Shown here in pieces: positions 20,096 to 28,974 of a stretch of 39,567 bases of DNA. How positions within the stretch are numbered: the first letter of the stretch is position 1; each line of letters begins with the position of its first letter. The position numbers and the translations under genes were made by a program. The notes under the pieces were generated by a model. That model had not been told where the DNA came from, made no database searches, and worked only from the letters and a program-made list of their open reading frames with translations. Source of the stretch: Candidatus Fervidifonticultor sextus (GTDB taxonomy: Bacteria > Sysuimicrobiota > Sysuimicrobiia > Sysuimicrobiales > Humicultoraceae); NCBI GenBank assembly GCA_031459875.1, contig JAVKHQ010000025.1, positions 1 to 39,567 of the forward strand, written 5' to 3'.

Positions 20096-20578
20096 CTACG
20101 CCTCTGCCGCGCCGGCCATCCGGTCGGCCCACCGGGAGGGGATCTCCATGACGAACTGCCGGTCCTGGTCCCCCTGGCCGAAGCCGCACTGGATGCGCAG
20201 GTGGTCGGGCGGAAGGAGGCCGGAGGCGCGGTCCGCCCACTCCACGATGAGGATCCCCTCGTCGGCCAGCTCGTCGAGGCCCAGGTCTTCGATCTCCTGG
20301 GGACGTTCGAGCCGGTAGAGGTCGACGTGGTAGACGCGCAGCGGCCCCCGGTATTCACGGATGACCACGAAGGAGGGGCTGGCGATGTAGCCGGAGGCGC
20401 CAGCGCCCAGGGCCAGGCCCCGGGCCAGCACCGTCTTGCCCGACCCCAACGGCCCCACCAGGGCCACGACATCGCCCCGGCGCAGCCTGGCCCCCACCCG
20501 ACGCCCCAGGGCTTCCGTGGCCTCGGGCGAATGGGTGGCGATCACCACGCGCACCGCAGAGAGGGCTCCCGCCGGCAT
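20096..20578 (-). CDS. tsaE: t6A biosynthesis ATPase TsaE
   Basis: GPLGSGKT, SPSF, YHVDLYRL, IVEWA. Confidence 0.95.
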   Translation of the reverse strand: MPAGALSAVRVVIATHSPEATEALGRRVGARLRRGDVVALVGPLGSGKTVLARGLALGAGASGYIASPSFVVIREYRGPLRVYHVDLYRLERPQEIEDLGLDELADEGILIVEWADRASGLLPPDHLRIQCGFGQGDQDRQFVMEIPSRWADRMAGAAEA

Positions 20579-20590
20579 GCGCCGTGGGCG

Positions 20591-21922
20591 CTAGGACGGT
20601 CGGGGGGGTTCCGGCTTCACGCGCACGCGCAGCCCGTCCAGGCCGACGACGCGTACCGGCTGGCCGTCTGCGATGGGCCCGCCCACCGCCACGGCGCTCC
20701 ACATCTCACCCTGGACGTAGACCTGCCCCTCGGGATCCAGCGTCGACCGCGCCACGCCCACCGCGCCGATCAGGCGCTCACCGCCGCTGCGCGGCGCCGC
20801 CTTCTGGGCGCGGACGCCGGCGCTGACGGCGAAGAAGAAGAACCCGGCCATGAGCGCGGCCACCGCGATGATCAGGCGGATGGAGATCTGGAGGACCGGC
20901 GCCTGGCGCTCGGTCAGCAGGATCGCCCCGAAGATGAACGACACCACCCCGCCCACGGTGAGGATGCCGTGGCCGGGAATCTTGATGTCGGCGATGAAGA
21001 GCAGGATGGCGAACGCGATCAACAGCAGCCCGGCCACGTTCACCTGCAGGATGGCGAAGGAGGCCAGGCCCAAGATCAGGGCGATCCCGCCCACCACCCC
21101 GGGCAGGATGGCGCCGGGGTTGTAGAGTTCGACCAGGACGCCCAGGATGCCGATGTTCATGAGGATGAAGCCGATGTTGGGGTCGGACAGGAGCGTCAGG
21201 AACCGCTCGGTGATGTCCATGTCGAAGTCCACCACGCGCGCCCGGGCGGTGCGCAGCGTGCGGCGTCCGCGGTCGGTCTCCACGGTCCGGCCGTCCAGTT
21301 TGCGGAGCAGGTCGGTGAAGTCCTCGGCGACGAAGTTGACGACGTTGAGCTTCACCGCTTCGTCCTCGGTGACGGACACCGCCTTGCGCACCGCCTCTTC
21401 GGCCCAGTCGGCGTTCCGGCCGTGACGCCGCGCCATGGCGCGGATGTTGGCCACCGCGTCGCTGGTGACCTTCTCCATCATGGCCCGGTCGGGCTGCCGC
21501 TCGCCCTCCTGGCCGGTACTGATGGCGACGGGGGTGGCAGCCCCCATGTGGGTGGCCGGCGCCATGGCGGCGATGTGGGCCGCGTACGTGATGAAGACGC
21601 CCGCCGAGGCGGCCCGCGCCCCGCGCGGCGCGATGTAGACGACCACCGGCACCCTGGCGTTGAGGATGGCCTTGGTCATGTCGTCGGTGGACTTCAGCAG
21701 CCCGCCGGGCGTGTCGAGCTGGATGACCATCGCCTCGACGTTCTGCGCCTCCGCCTCGTGCAGGGCGCGGAGGATGAATCGGGCGGTCGCCGGGCCGATG
21801 ACGCCGTCTATGGTGATCCGCTGCACGACCGCGGGCGAGGGCACAGGGGGCGGTGCAGCGAAGGCCGGGACGGCCAGCAGCCCCAGCAGCAGGACGAATC
21901 CGCCCGGCCCCAAGCGGGTCAC
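20591..21922 (-). CDS. nfeD: Long NfeD (ClpP-class membrane serine protease, NfeD1a)
   Basis: Signal peptide, LDTPGGL, RAASAG, MGAATPV, TM bundle and C-terminal OB domain (GQVYVQGEMWSA). Confidence 0.92.
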   Translation of the reverse strand: MTRLGPGGFVLLLGLLAVPAFAAPPPVPSPAVVQRITIDGVIGPATARFILRALHEAEAQNVEAMVIQLDTPGGLLKSTDDMTKAILNARVPVVVYIAPRGARAASAGVFITYAAHIAAMAPATHMGAATPVAISTGQEGERQPDRAMMEKVTSDAVANIRAMARRHGRNADWAEEAVRKAVSVTEDEAVKLNVVNFVAEDFTDLLRKLDGRTVETDRGRRTLRTARARVVDFDMDITERFLTLLSDPNIGFILMNIGILGVLVELYNPGAILPGVVGGIALILGLASFAILQVNVAGLLLIAFAILLFIADIKIPGHGILTVGGVVSFIFGAILLTERQAPVLQISIRLIIAVAALMAGFFFFAVSAGVRAQKAAPRSGGERLIGAVGVARSTLDPEGQVYVQGEMWSAVAVGGPIADGQPVRVVGLDGLRVRVKPEPPRPS

Positions 21923-22653
21923 GGTCGCGCCGCCTCCACGAGCGCAGCGAACAGCCGGCGGTGTAGCGGATGCCGTCGCACCAGGCGCTCGGGATGCCAC
22001 TGCACCCCCACGACGAACCGGTGTTCGCGGCTCTCCAGCCCCTCCACCACGCCGTCCGGCGCGCGGGCGGTGATGCGGAATCCCGGCGCGGCTGCCGCGA
22101 CGGCCTGGTGGTGGAAACTGTTCACGCCGACTTCGCCCTGGCCGAGGATGCCGGCCAGGGCACTGCCCGGCCTCACCGTCACGGCGTGGACGAGGTCCGC
22201 GGAGGATCCCCGGCCGTCCCGATCGTGGACGGCGGGATCGACCCCGGCGAGCGAGAGGTCCTGCCACAGGGTGCCCCCCGCGGCGACATTGAGCAGCTGG
22301 ACCCCGCGGCAGATGCAGAGGATGGGCCGGTCGTCCGCCAGCGCCGACCGCGCCAGCGCCAGTTCGGCCGCGTCGCGGTCCTCGTCGGTGGTCAGCGTCG
22401 TCCGCACGGCCCGGTCGACCTCCTGGCCGTAGTGCCGGGGATGCACGTCGGGGCCGCCGGAGAACACGACGCCGTCGTAGTCCTCCGGGATCGGATCCCC
22501 GGGCCGGACGATGCACGGTTCGCCGCCTGCGGCGCGGATCGCTTCGACGTAATAGGCCAGGGACCTGGCCAGGCGCTCCACTGCGGCCGGAGGGGTCGCG
22601 GACGTGAGGCGACGCGCCGTGAGGAGAATGCGGGGCCGGCCGTCAGGGCGCAT
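21919..22653 (-). CDS. Peptidase C26 / gamma-glutamyl-gamma-aminobutyrate hydrolase family glutamine amidotransferase
   Basis: GGPDVHP, RDAAE, ICRGVQLLNV, VNSFHHQA, GVQWHPE. Confidence 0.92.
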   Translation of the reverse strand: MRPDGRPRILLTARRLTSATPPAAVERLARSLAYYVEAIRAAGGEPCIVRPGDPIPEDYDGVVFSGGPDVHPRHYGQEVDRAVRTTLTTDEDRDAAELALARSALADDRPILCICRGVQLLNVAAGGTLWQDLSLAGVDPAVHDRDGRGSSADLVHAVTVRPGSALAGILGQGEVGVNSFHHQAVAAAAPGFRITARAPDGVVEGLESREHRFVVGVQWHPERLVRRHPLHRRLFAALVEAARP

Positions 22654-23365
22654 AGCTCGGGACCGGACCCCCGCCGCACGCCGCGCACGTGCCGTCGGCC
22701 TGGGTGCTGACCGTGAGCGCCGCCGCGTCCAGCCGCACCGTCCGGATCTTGAAGGTCACCGGCCACTGGCGCTGGTGGAGGATCGGGTTGATGGCGCGCT
22801 CCAGGTCGCGGATCACCGACGTCGGAAGCGGCCAGCCGTTGGCGTGGAGGTAGTCGAAGTAGAAATACACGTCGGTGGCCCCGGACGCAGCGAAGAATCC
22901 CTTCATGCGCATCGCCGTGGGCCGGCCGTTGAACAGCACGGTTCCCGTCCCGTGCAGGTATCCGTTCTCGGCCCACAGGCGGATGTCCCCAAAAGGACTG
23001 CTCGCGTTGAAGTACTCCTGGAGGCTGCGCAGCAGCACCCGGACCTGCATGGCGCTGTCGCGGAAGTCCAGCACCCGCAGGGTCCCCGCCCGCAGGGCCT
23101 CGACATCCAGGCTGACCCCCACGAGCCGGATGGCCACTTCGTCCACGCGCATCCCCTCGGTGAGGACGACCCGCCGCGCCTGGACGCTGATGCGGGCGTA
23201 GCCGCCCTCGTAGAGATCGGGGATCGCCTCGAGGCGGAATTCCTCCGCGGCCCGCACGAAGGCCCCCAGCGCCCTGCGCAGCAGCGCCTCGTCGGCCGCG
23301 GCCGGCCACGCCGCCAGGACGACGGCGCCCAGCGCCCAAAGGCCCCTACGGGTAAGCCCGCGCAT
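22643..23365 (-). CDS. Exported protein, DUF2993/LmeA-like
   Basis: Twin-Arg-like signal (TRRGLWAL...AAA), beta-rich body, INPIL motif; overlaps its neighbours in operon fashion. Family call tentative. Confidence 0.6.
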   Translation of the reverse strand: MRGLTRRGLWALGAVVLAAWPAAADEALLRRALGAFVRAAEEFRLEAIPDLYEGGYARISVQARRVVLTEGMRVDEVAIRLVGVSLDVEALRAGTLRVLDFRDSAMQVRVLLRSLQEYFNASSPFGDIRLWAENGYLHGTGTVLFNGRPTAMRMKGFFAASGATDVYFYFDYLHANGWPLPTSVIRDLERAINPILHQRQWPVTFKIRTVRLDAAALTVSTQADGTCAACGGGPVPSYAP

Positions 23366-23368
23366 CCC

Positions 23369-24361
23369 TCACCCCTCGGCCAGCCAGTCCGCGTAGGCGA
23401 ACAGGGCCGGCTGTCCTCCCGTATGCCAGAATACCACGGTCTGGTCAGGCGCGAACTGCCCCCGGCGCACCATGTCGATCAACGCCGCCATGGCCTTGCC
23501 CGTGTAGACCGGATCGAGCAGGATCCCTTCGGTGCGCGCCACGAGGCGGATGGCGTCCAGGCACGCCGGCGTGGGGAGCCCGTAGCGCTCACCGACGTAC
23601 TCGTCGGTCACGACGATATCATCCGGATGGACCCGCCAGTCAAGCCCCAGCAGCCGGATCAGGTCGTCGACGAGTCCCCGCACACGGCTGGTCACCACGT
23701 CGCGGGGCGGCCCGGCACTTATGCCCAGGACCTGAATGCCCGACTGGGTGACCTTCATCGTCGTGTACAGCCCGGCCTGGGTCCCGCCGGAACTGGTGGC
23801 ATGCACGACGGCGTCGGCTCGGATGCCGCGGCCGTTGAGTTGGTCCAGCAGCTCCAGGCCGGCGTTCACGAACCCGGCGGCGCCCAGCGCCGAGGCGCCT
23901 CCCCGCGGGATGACGTACGGGTGGCGCCCCTGGCGCCGCAGGTCGCGGGCCACATCCTCCACGACCCCCATGAGCACGAACTCGTCGTCGGTGTTGACGA
24001 TGCGGACATCAGCGCCGAAGATCGCGTCCAGCAGGAGGTTGCCCTGACGCTGCGGGGTATCCTCGCCGCTCAGCACGACCACGGCGTCCAGCCCCAGGCG
24101 CCTGGCGGCGGCGGCGGTCACGCGGGCGTGATTCGACTGGACTGCGCCGACGGTCAGCACCACGTCGCACCCGCGGTCGACGGCCTCGCCCATCAGGTAT
24201 TCGATCTTGCGGACCTCGTTGCCCCCGAACGCGAGCCCCGTGATGTCGTCGCGCTTGAACATGATGCGCGGACCCCCCAGGTAGGCCGACAGCGACGGGG
24301 CCTCCTCCAGCGGCGTGGGCAGGGCGGCGAGCTTAAGGCGCGGGAGCCGTCCGAGTTGCAC
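23369..24361 (-). CDS. D-cysteine desulfhydrase/ACC deaminase family protein (PLP lysine replaced by Glu)
   Basis: LPTPL, KRDD, GGNEVRK, QSNHAR, SSGGTQAG, EGILLDPVYTGK, FWHTGG. GTG start 24361 inferred; the ORF is open to 24400. Confidence 0.9.
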   Translation of the reverse strand: MQLGRLPRLKLAALPTPLEEAPSLSAYLGGPRIMFKRDDITGLAFGGNEVRKIEYLMGEAVDRGCDVVLTVGAVQSNHARVTAAAARRLGLDAVVVLSGEDTPQRQGNLLLDAIFGADVRIVNTDDEFVLMGVVEDVARDLRRQGRHPYVIPRGGASALGAAGFVNAGLELLDQLNGRGIRADAVVHATSSGGTQAGLYTTMKVTQSGIQVLGISAGPPRDVVTSRVRGLVDDLIRLLGLDWRVHPDDIVVTDEYVGERYGLPTPACLDAIRLVARTEGILLDPVYTGKAMAALIDMVRRGQFAPDQTVVFWHTGGQPALFAYADWLAEG

Positions 24362-24387
24362 CGCAGCACCTTCCGTTCGGTCCCATC

Positions 24388-26001
24388 CTACGGGTTCCAT
24401 CGGGCCGCAGACGCCCGAGAGGCTTCATGGGCTGCGGCGACCGTGACCGCCTGGAAACGGACCGTCCCGCCCGGGGTGATCTGCGCGACCCGATCCAGGT
24501 CCGCGTCGATCACGAACGCGATCTTTGCATAGCCCCCAGTCGTCGGCCCGTCGGCGAGGATGACAATCGGCTGGCCCTCCGCAGGCACCTGGATCGCGCC
24601 GGGAAGCAGCGCGTCAGAGAGGATCTCGGCCCTGTCGCGGTGTCCCAGGACCGGGCCGCGCAGTCGCATGCCGCTCCGGTCGCGGTGGACGGTCGCCTCG
24701 AACGGCTGGCTGAGCAGTGCGGCCTCGGCCTGGATCGAAAACTCGCCGGCCTGTGGCCCCATGATCACCCGAACCGGCGCGGATGGGGGCGGTGCAGCGA
24801 CCGAACGTCCCCTCCTGCGCGGACCGGTCGCTCCTTCGCCTCTGCCGAGAACATCTCCTGCCCGAAGCGGGCGTCCCGCGACGCCGCCCAGTCCACCCCG
24901 CGCGTAGGTGGCCCGGCTCCCACACACCGGCGGCACGTCTATGCCGCCCGCCACCGCCAGGTACGCCCACTGGCCGCGCCGGGGCGCCTCGAAGGTGACG
25001 ACATCGCCCGGCCGCACCACCACCGGGTCTTCCAGATCGAGCGGGGACCCGTTGAGGCAGGCCTCGAGGTCGGCGCCGGCGACGGCGATCTCTGCCGCCT
25101 CGAGCACGCGGAGGGTGGGGCCGGGAAACGTCAGTTCCAGCGCGGCGGCATCGGGCGGGTTGCCCAGTGCGGCGTTGGCCCCGACCAGGGCCGCGCGGTC
25201 GAGGGCACCAGACGAGGGCACCCCGAAGCGCCGCCATCCCGCGCGGCCCAGGTCCTGCACGGTGCTCATCAGGCCGGGCTGGAGCACCTCGAAGGTGGGC
25301 CGGTGCGGCCGCACCGGAGAGCGGGCCGGGGCGGCTTGGGGGGCCGCATCCCGCACCGGCACGAAGCGGACCCGGTCCCCGGGCCGCAGCAGGAACGGCG
25401 GGGTACGGGCAGGATCGAACAGGACCAGCGGGGTGCGGCCCACTAGGTGCCAGCCGCCGGCGGTTTCCTGTGGGTAGATGCCTGAGAACTGGTCGGCGAT
25501 GGCCACGCTCCCGGCCGGGACGCGGAGCCGAGGCGCGGCCCGGCGGGGCAGGCGCAGCGGCGCGGGCAGCAGCCCCAGGTACGGGTAGCCCGGTGCGAAG
25601 CCGAGCATGTAGACCAGATAGGTGGGCTCGCTGTGGAGCCGGATCACGTCATCGGGCCGGAGGCCGCACGCCGATGCCACCGCCTCCAGGTCCGGGCCGG
25701 CCGCCCCCCCGTAGACCACCGGCACCTCGACGAGCCTCCCGGACTCCAGCGCCACCGGCGTGGCCCGACGCGTCGCCCCTTCGGCGCGGTCGGCCAGGTC
25801 GTCGAACGAGACCGCCCGCGGATCGTAGACCACGAGCACCGACCGGAACGCCGGCACGGTCTCGACGACGCCCGGCAGGCCGGCCAGCGCGGCGTCGGCG
25901 CCGAGGACCAGCGCGCAGGTCTCCGGCGAGACCTCCAGCGGGTACTCCACCAGGATCCCGCGGTCACCTGCGGGCCGAAGGTGCGGTCGAACGCCGTTCA
26001 C
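24388..26001 (-). CDS. pxpBC: Fused 5-oxoprolinase subunits PxpB-PxpC (KipI/KipA, allophanate hydrolase subunit 1/2 family)
   Basis: N-half AGDRG, GFAPGYPYL, VPAGSVAIA, GGWHLVGRT; C-half TVQDLGR, GALD, DRSGMRL, GAIQVP, TTGGYAKI. Confidence 0.92.
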   Translation of the reverse strand: MNGVRPHLRPAGDRGILVEYPLEVSPETCALVLGADAALAGLPGVVETVPAFRSVLVVYDPRAVSFDDLADRAEGATRRATPVALESGRLVEVPVVYGGAAGPDLEAVASACGLRPDDVIRLHSEPTYLVYMLGFAPGYPYLGLLPAPLRLPRRAAPRLRVPAGSVAIADQFSGIYPQETAGGWHLVGRTPLVLFDPARTPPFLLRPGDRVRFVPVRDAAPQAAPARSPVRPHRPTFEVLQPGLMSTVQDLGRAGWRRFGVPSSGALDRAALVGANAALGNPPDAAALELTFPGPTLRVLEAAEIAVAGADLEACLNGSPLDLEDPVVVRPGDVVTFEAPRRGQWAYLAVAGGIDVPPVCGSRATYARGGLGGVAGRPLRAGDVLGRGEGATGPRRRGRSVAAPPPSAPVRVIMGPQAGEFSIQAEAALLSQPFEATVHRDRSGMRLRGPVLGHRDRAEILSDALLPGAIQVPAEGQPIVILADGPTTGGYAKIAFVIDADLDRVAQITPGGTVRFQAVTVAAAHEASRASAARWNP

Positions 26002-26813
26002 TCCGAGGCCCGGGGGTACGAACCGAGCACGCGCAGGAACGCAGTCAACCCGGCCAGGTCGGCCAGCGCGGCCCGACCCTCGGGGCTGTCCTGGTGCGCT
26101 TCGAAGTCCACGTAGAACATGTACTCCCAGGGGCGGTCGCGCCTGGGCCGCGATTCCAACTTCGTCAGGTTGATCCCCCTCGTGGCGAAGGCTCCCAGCG
26201 CTCGATACAGCGCACCGGGCACGTTGGGAGTGGTGAACACGATGGAGGTCTTGGCCGGCTCGGTTCGCGGCGCCGCGTTGACGGCCAGCACGAGGAACCG
26301 CGTGTAGTTGATGGGGCTGGTCTCGATGCCCTCGGCCAGGACCTTCAGGCCGTAGATCTCGGCCGCGTGCCGGCCGGCGATGGCCGCGACACCGCGCCGG
26401 CGCTCGGTGGCGATGATCTGAGCGCTACCGGCGGTGTCGTAGGTGGCGATGGTCTCCCACCCGCCGCGGGCCAGGAAGACGTCGCACTGGGCCAGCGCCT
26501 GCGGATGCGACAACACCGTGCGGATCGTCTCCAGGCTGTCCTCGGGCAGGGCCAGCAGGCAGTGCTCGATGCGCTGGTTGCGCTCCCCCACGATGTGCAG
26601 CGAGCGGCGGGCCAGCAGGTCGTAGGTCTCGTTGATGCTGCCGGCCTGGGAGTTCTCCGCCGGCACCATGCCGCGCTCCGCCTCTCCGCGCTCCACGGCG
26701 TCGAAGACCGCCGACAGCGTCCGGCACGGCAGCGGGTCGATGGCGCCGAAGTACGCGAGGGCGGCCGCCTCGCTGTAGGCCCCCCGCTCGCCCTGGAACG
26801 CCACGCGCATCAT
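25998..26813 (-). CDS. pheA: Prephenate dehydratase with ACT domain
   Basis: AFQGERGAYSE, ENSQAGS, SHPQALAQC, NYTRF, NLTKLESRP, LGSY. Confidence 0.96.
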   Translation of the reverse strand: MMRVAFQGERGAYSEAAALAYFGAIDPLPCRTLSAVFDAVERGEAERGMVPAENSQAGSINETYDLLARRSLHIVGERNQRIEHCLLALPEDSLETIRTVLSHPQALAQCDVFLARGGWETIATYDTAGSAQIIATERRRGVAAIAGRHAAEIYGLKVLAEGIETSPINYTRFLVLAVNAAPRTEPAKTSIVFTTPNVPGALYRALGAFATRGINLTKLESRPRRDRPWEYMFYVDFEAHQDSPEGRAALADLAGLTAFLRVLGSYPRASE

Positions 26814-27285
26814 CGCACCTCGATCCCCGTGGGGCGCACGGCCGCGGGCACCGTCGCGGCGATGGCCACCGGACGGCCGTCGCACAGGTAGATACGGGGA
26901 ACGCGCCGGCTGACCCTGCCGGACAATTCGTACGGGACCGTCCCGGCCGCCTGTGCCACCTGATCCGCCCCGAGGCCGGGGCCGAACACCGTCACCTCAT
27001 CGCCCTCGCGCACGGGCGCCCCGCTGACGTCGAGCATGGTGTAGTCCACGCAGACGCGCCCGGCACGCGGTGGCGGGTGGCGCCGACCAGCATCGTCCCC
27101 ACGTTGCTCAGTGCGCGGGGAGCCCGTCCGCATAGCCCACCGGGACCGTGACGATAGTCGTCGGCCGCGGCGCCCGGTCGTGGCGCCGTAGGCGCCCCAT
27201 GCCCGTTGTGCGCGACGGCCCCCAGATCCACCTCGGCCCGGGTCCGGGACGTGGCGAGGGCCAGGCCTGAGAGCGGCGAGGTCAC
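26810..27285 (-). pseudogene. alr: Alanine racemase remnant (large internal deletion plus frameshifts)
   Basis: N-terminal TRAEVDLGAVAHN is joined directly to C-terminal motifs YGAT, TVPVGYADG, PRALSN, GRVCVDYTMLDV, GTVPYE and RVPRIY, which lie in different frames. Only 476 bp in total. Confidence 0.9.
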
Positions 27286-28865
27286 GGCGGGAGGAGCGGC
27301 GTCACGAGTTCAGCATACGAGCCCGTCCGCACAGCGGCCAGCGCCGCGGGCAGGGCATCGGCGACCTCCCGGGCCAGGATGCCGGCCGGCCCGCGCGCCG
27401 CCGCCACCTGGTCGCCGGCCAGGCCGTGGAGGTACGCGCCCGCCCAGGCCGCCGCCAACGGGGTCACGTCCTGTCCGATCAGGGCGGCGATCACCCCCGC
27501 CAGCACGTCACCCATGCCGCCGGTGGCCATGGCGGGATTGCCCGTCGGGACCACGAACACATCGCCGGCGGGCTCGGCCACCACGGTCCGGGCCCCCTTG
27601 AGGACCACGACGGCGCCCAGGCGCTCGGCGGCGACCCGCGCCACCTGCAGCCGGTGTCGCTGGACCTCCTCCGTCTTCGCCTGCAGCAGGCGGGCCATCT
27701 CGCCGGGGTGAGGGGTCAGCACGAGGGCGCCGCGGGCGGCCGGCCAGTCGCTGGAGCCCGCCATGAGGTTCAATGCGTCGGCGTCCAGGACCATGGGCTT
27801 TGCGCACTCCGCCACCAGCCGTCGGATCACGGCTGCAGGCCCCGGCCGCGTGGACAGGCCGGGCCCGCAGGCGATGGCGTCGGCTGCGGCCGCCAGGTCC
27901 AGGATCGGTCCGGCCGCCTCGGCGGCCAGGGCGCCGTCCCGGTCCGGCAACGGCACCGGCATCCCTTCGATGACCGCCGGCCCCACGACGGGGTAGATCG
28001 CGGTGGGGACGGCCAGGGTCACCAGCCCGGCCCCCGCCCGCAGGGCGCCCTGGGCGGCCAGCACCGCCGCCCCGCTGTGCCCCACCGAGCCCGCGACCAC
28101 CAGCACCCGGCCAAAGTCGCCCTTGTGGGCGGCCAGCCGGCGGGGGCGGATCGCGCCATCCACCATCTCCCGCGTGACCAGCCGCGTGCGGATGCCGGCC
28201 GCCTCAAGCAGACGCCTGGGATGCCCCACGTCGGCCAGCCAGATGCGGCCGGCGTGCTCCGCCCCTGGAGGCATGATGAGCCCGATCTTGGGCAGGCCCA
28301 TGGTGACCGTGGCCGCCGCGCGGACGGCCACCCCGTCCACCGCACCGGTATCGCCCACGACGCCAGAGGGGATGTCCACCGACAGCACGGGTCGGCCGCA
28401 CGCGTTCATCGCCTCGATGGCCTTCGCGGCCAGGCCCACCACCGGGCCGCGGAACCCGGTCCCGAAGAGGGCATCCACGACCACGTCGGCGGCGGCCAGG
28501 GTCCCGCGCAGGCCCGGGACCGCCGTGCTGTCCAGGTTGACCACCTCGACCCCGGCGCGGCGGGCCGCCCGCAGGTTGAGGGCCGCATCACCGGCCAGTT
28601 CGGCGTCCCGCGCCAGCAGGACGACGGTGACGCGCCACCCGGAGGCGAGCAGCACCCGGCTGGCCACAAACCCGTCGCCGCCGTTGTTCCCCTTACCGGC
28701 CACGACCACGGCCCGGGCGACCTCGCGGCCGACGAGCCGGCGCGCGGCCTCGGCCACGCTGCGGCCGGCGGCCTCCATGAGCAGCAGGGTGGACACCCCG
28801 AACTCTTCGGCCGCCCGGCGGTCTAGAGAGGCCATCTCCTCGCTGGTCGGAAGGTACACGCCCAC
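27282..28865 (-). CDS. nnr: Bifunctional NAD(P)H-hydrate epimerase/dehydratase
   Basis: LMEAAG, GKGNNGGDG, DALFGTG, DIPSG, HKGDFG, DADALN, LTPHPGEM, GGMGDVLAG. Start uncertain (28859, 28865 or 28916). Confidence 0.96.
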   Translation of the reverse strand: MGVYLPTSEEMASLDRRAAEEFGVSTLLLMEAAGRSVAEAARRLVGREVARAVVVAGKGNNGGDGFVASRVLLASGWRVTVVLLARDAELAGDAALNLRAARRAGVEVVNLDSTAVPGLRGTLAAADVVVDALFGTGFRGPVVGLAAKAIEAMNACGRPVLSVDIPSGVVGDTGAVDGVAVRAAATVTMGLPKIGLIMPPGAEHAGRIWLADVGHPRRLLEAAGIRTRLVTREMVDGAIRPRRLAAHKGDFGRVLVVAGSVGHSGAAVLAAQGALRAGAGLVTLAVPTAIYPVVGPAVIEGMPVPLPDRDGALAAEAAGPILDLAAAADAIACGPGLSTRPGPAAVIRRLVAECAKPMVLDADALNLMAGSSDWPAARGALVLTPHPGEMARLLQAKTEEVQRHRLQVARVAAERLGAVVVLKGARTVVAEPAGDVFVVPTGNPAMATGGMGDVLAGVIAALIGQDVTPLAAAWAGAYLHGLAGDQVAAARGPAGILAREVADALPAALAAVRTGSYAELVTPLLPP

Positions 28866-28939
28866 CGGTTCTTGTCGGCCGAGCGGGTTTCCTCTTGCAT
28901 TGCCCACACTATCCACATCCCCAGAACGGCCGTTGGGGA

Positions 28940-28968
28940 TTGACGGTCTGGAGGTCCCTTGATACGGT
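28940..28968 (+). promoter_or_regulatory. Sigma70-type promoter for the intergenic RNA
   Basis: TTGACG (28940-28945), 17 bp, TGn, TACGGT (28963-28968). The expected +1 (~28975) is the first base of the RNA's closing stem. Confidence 0.75.
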
Positions 28969-28974
28969 AACGTC

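Noticed and set aside
28909..28917. DnaA-box-like CTATCCACA
   Set aside because: A single imperfect copy with no cluster or AT-rich unwinding element.
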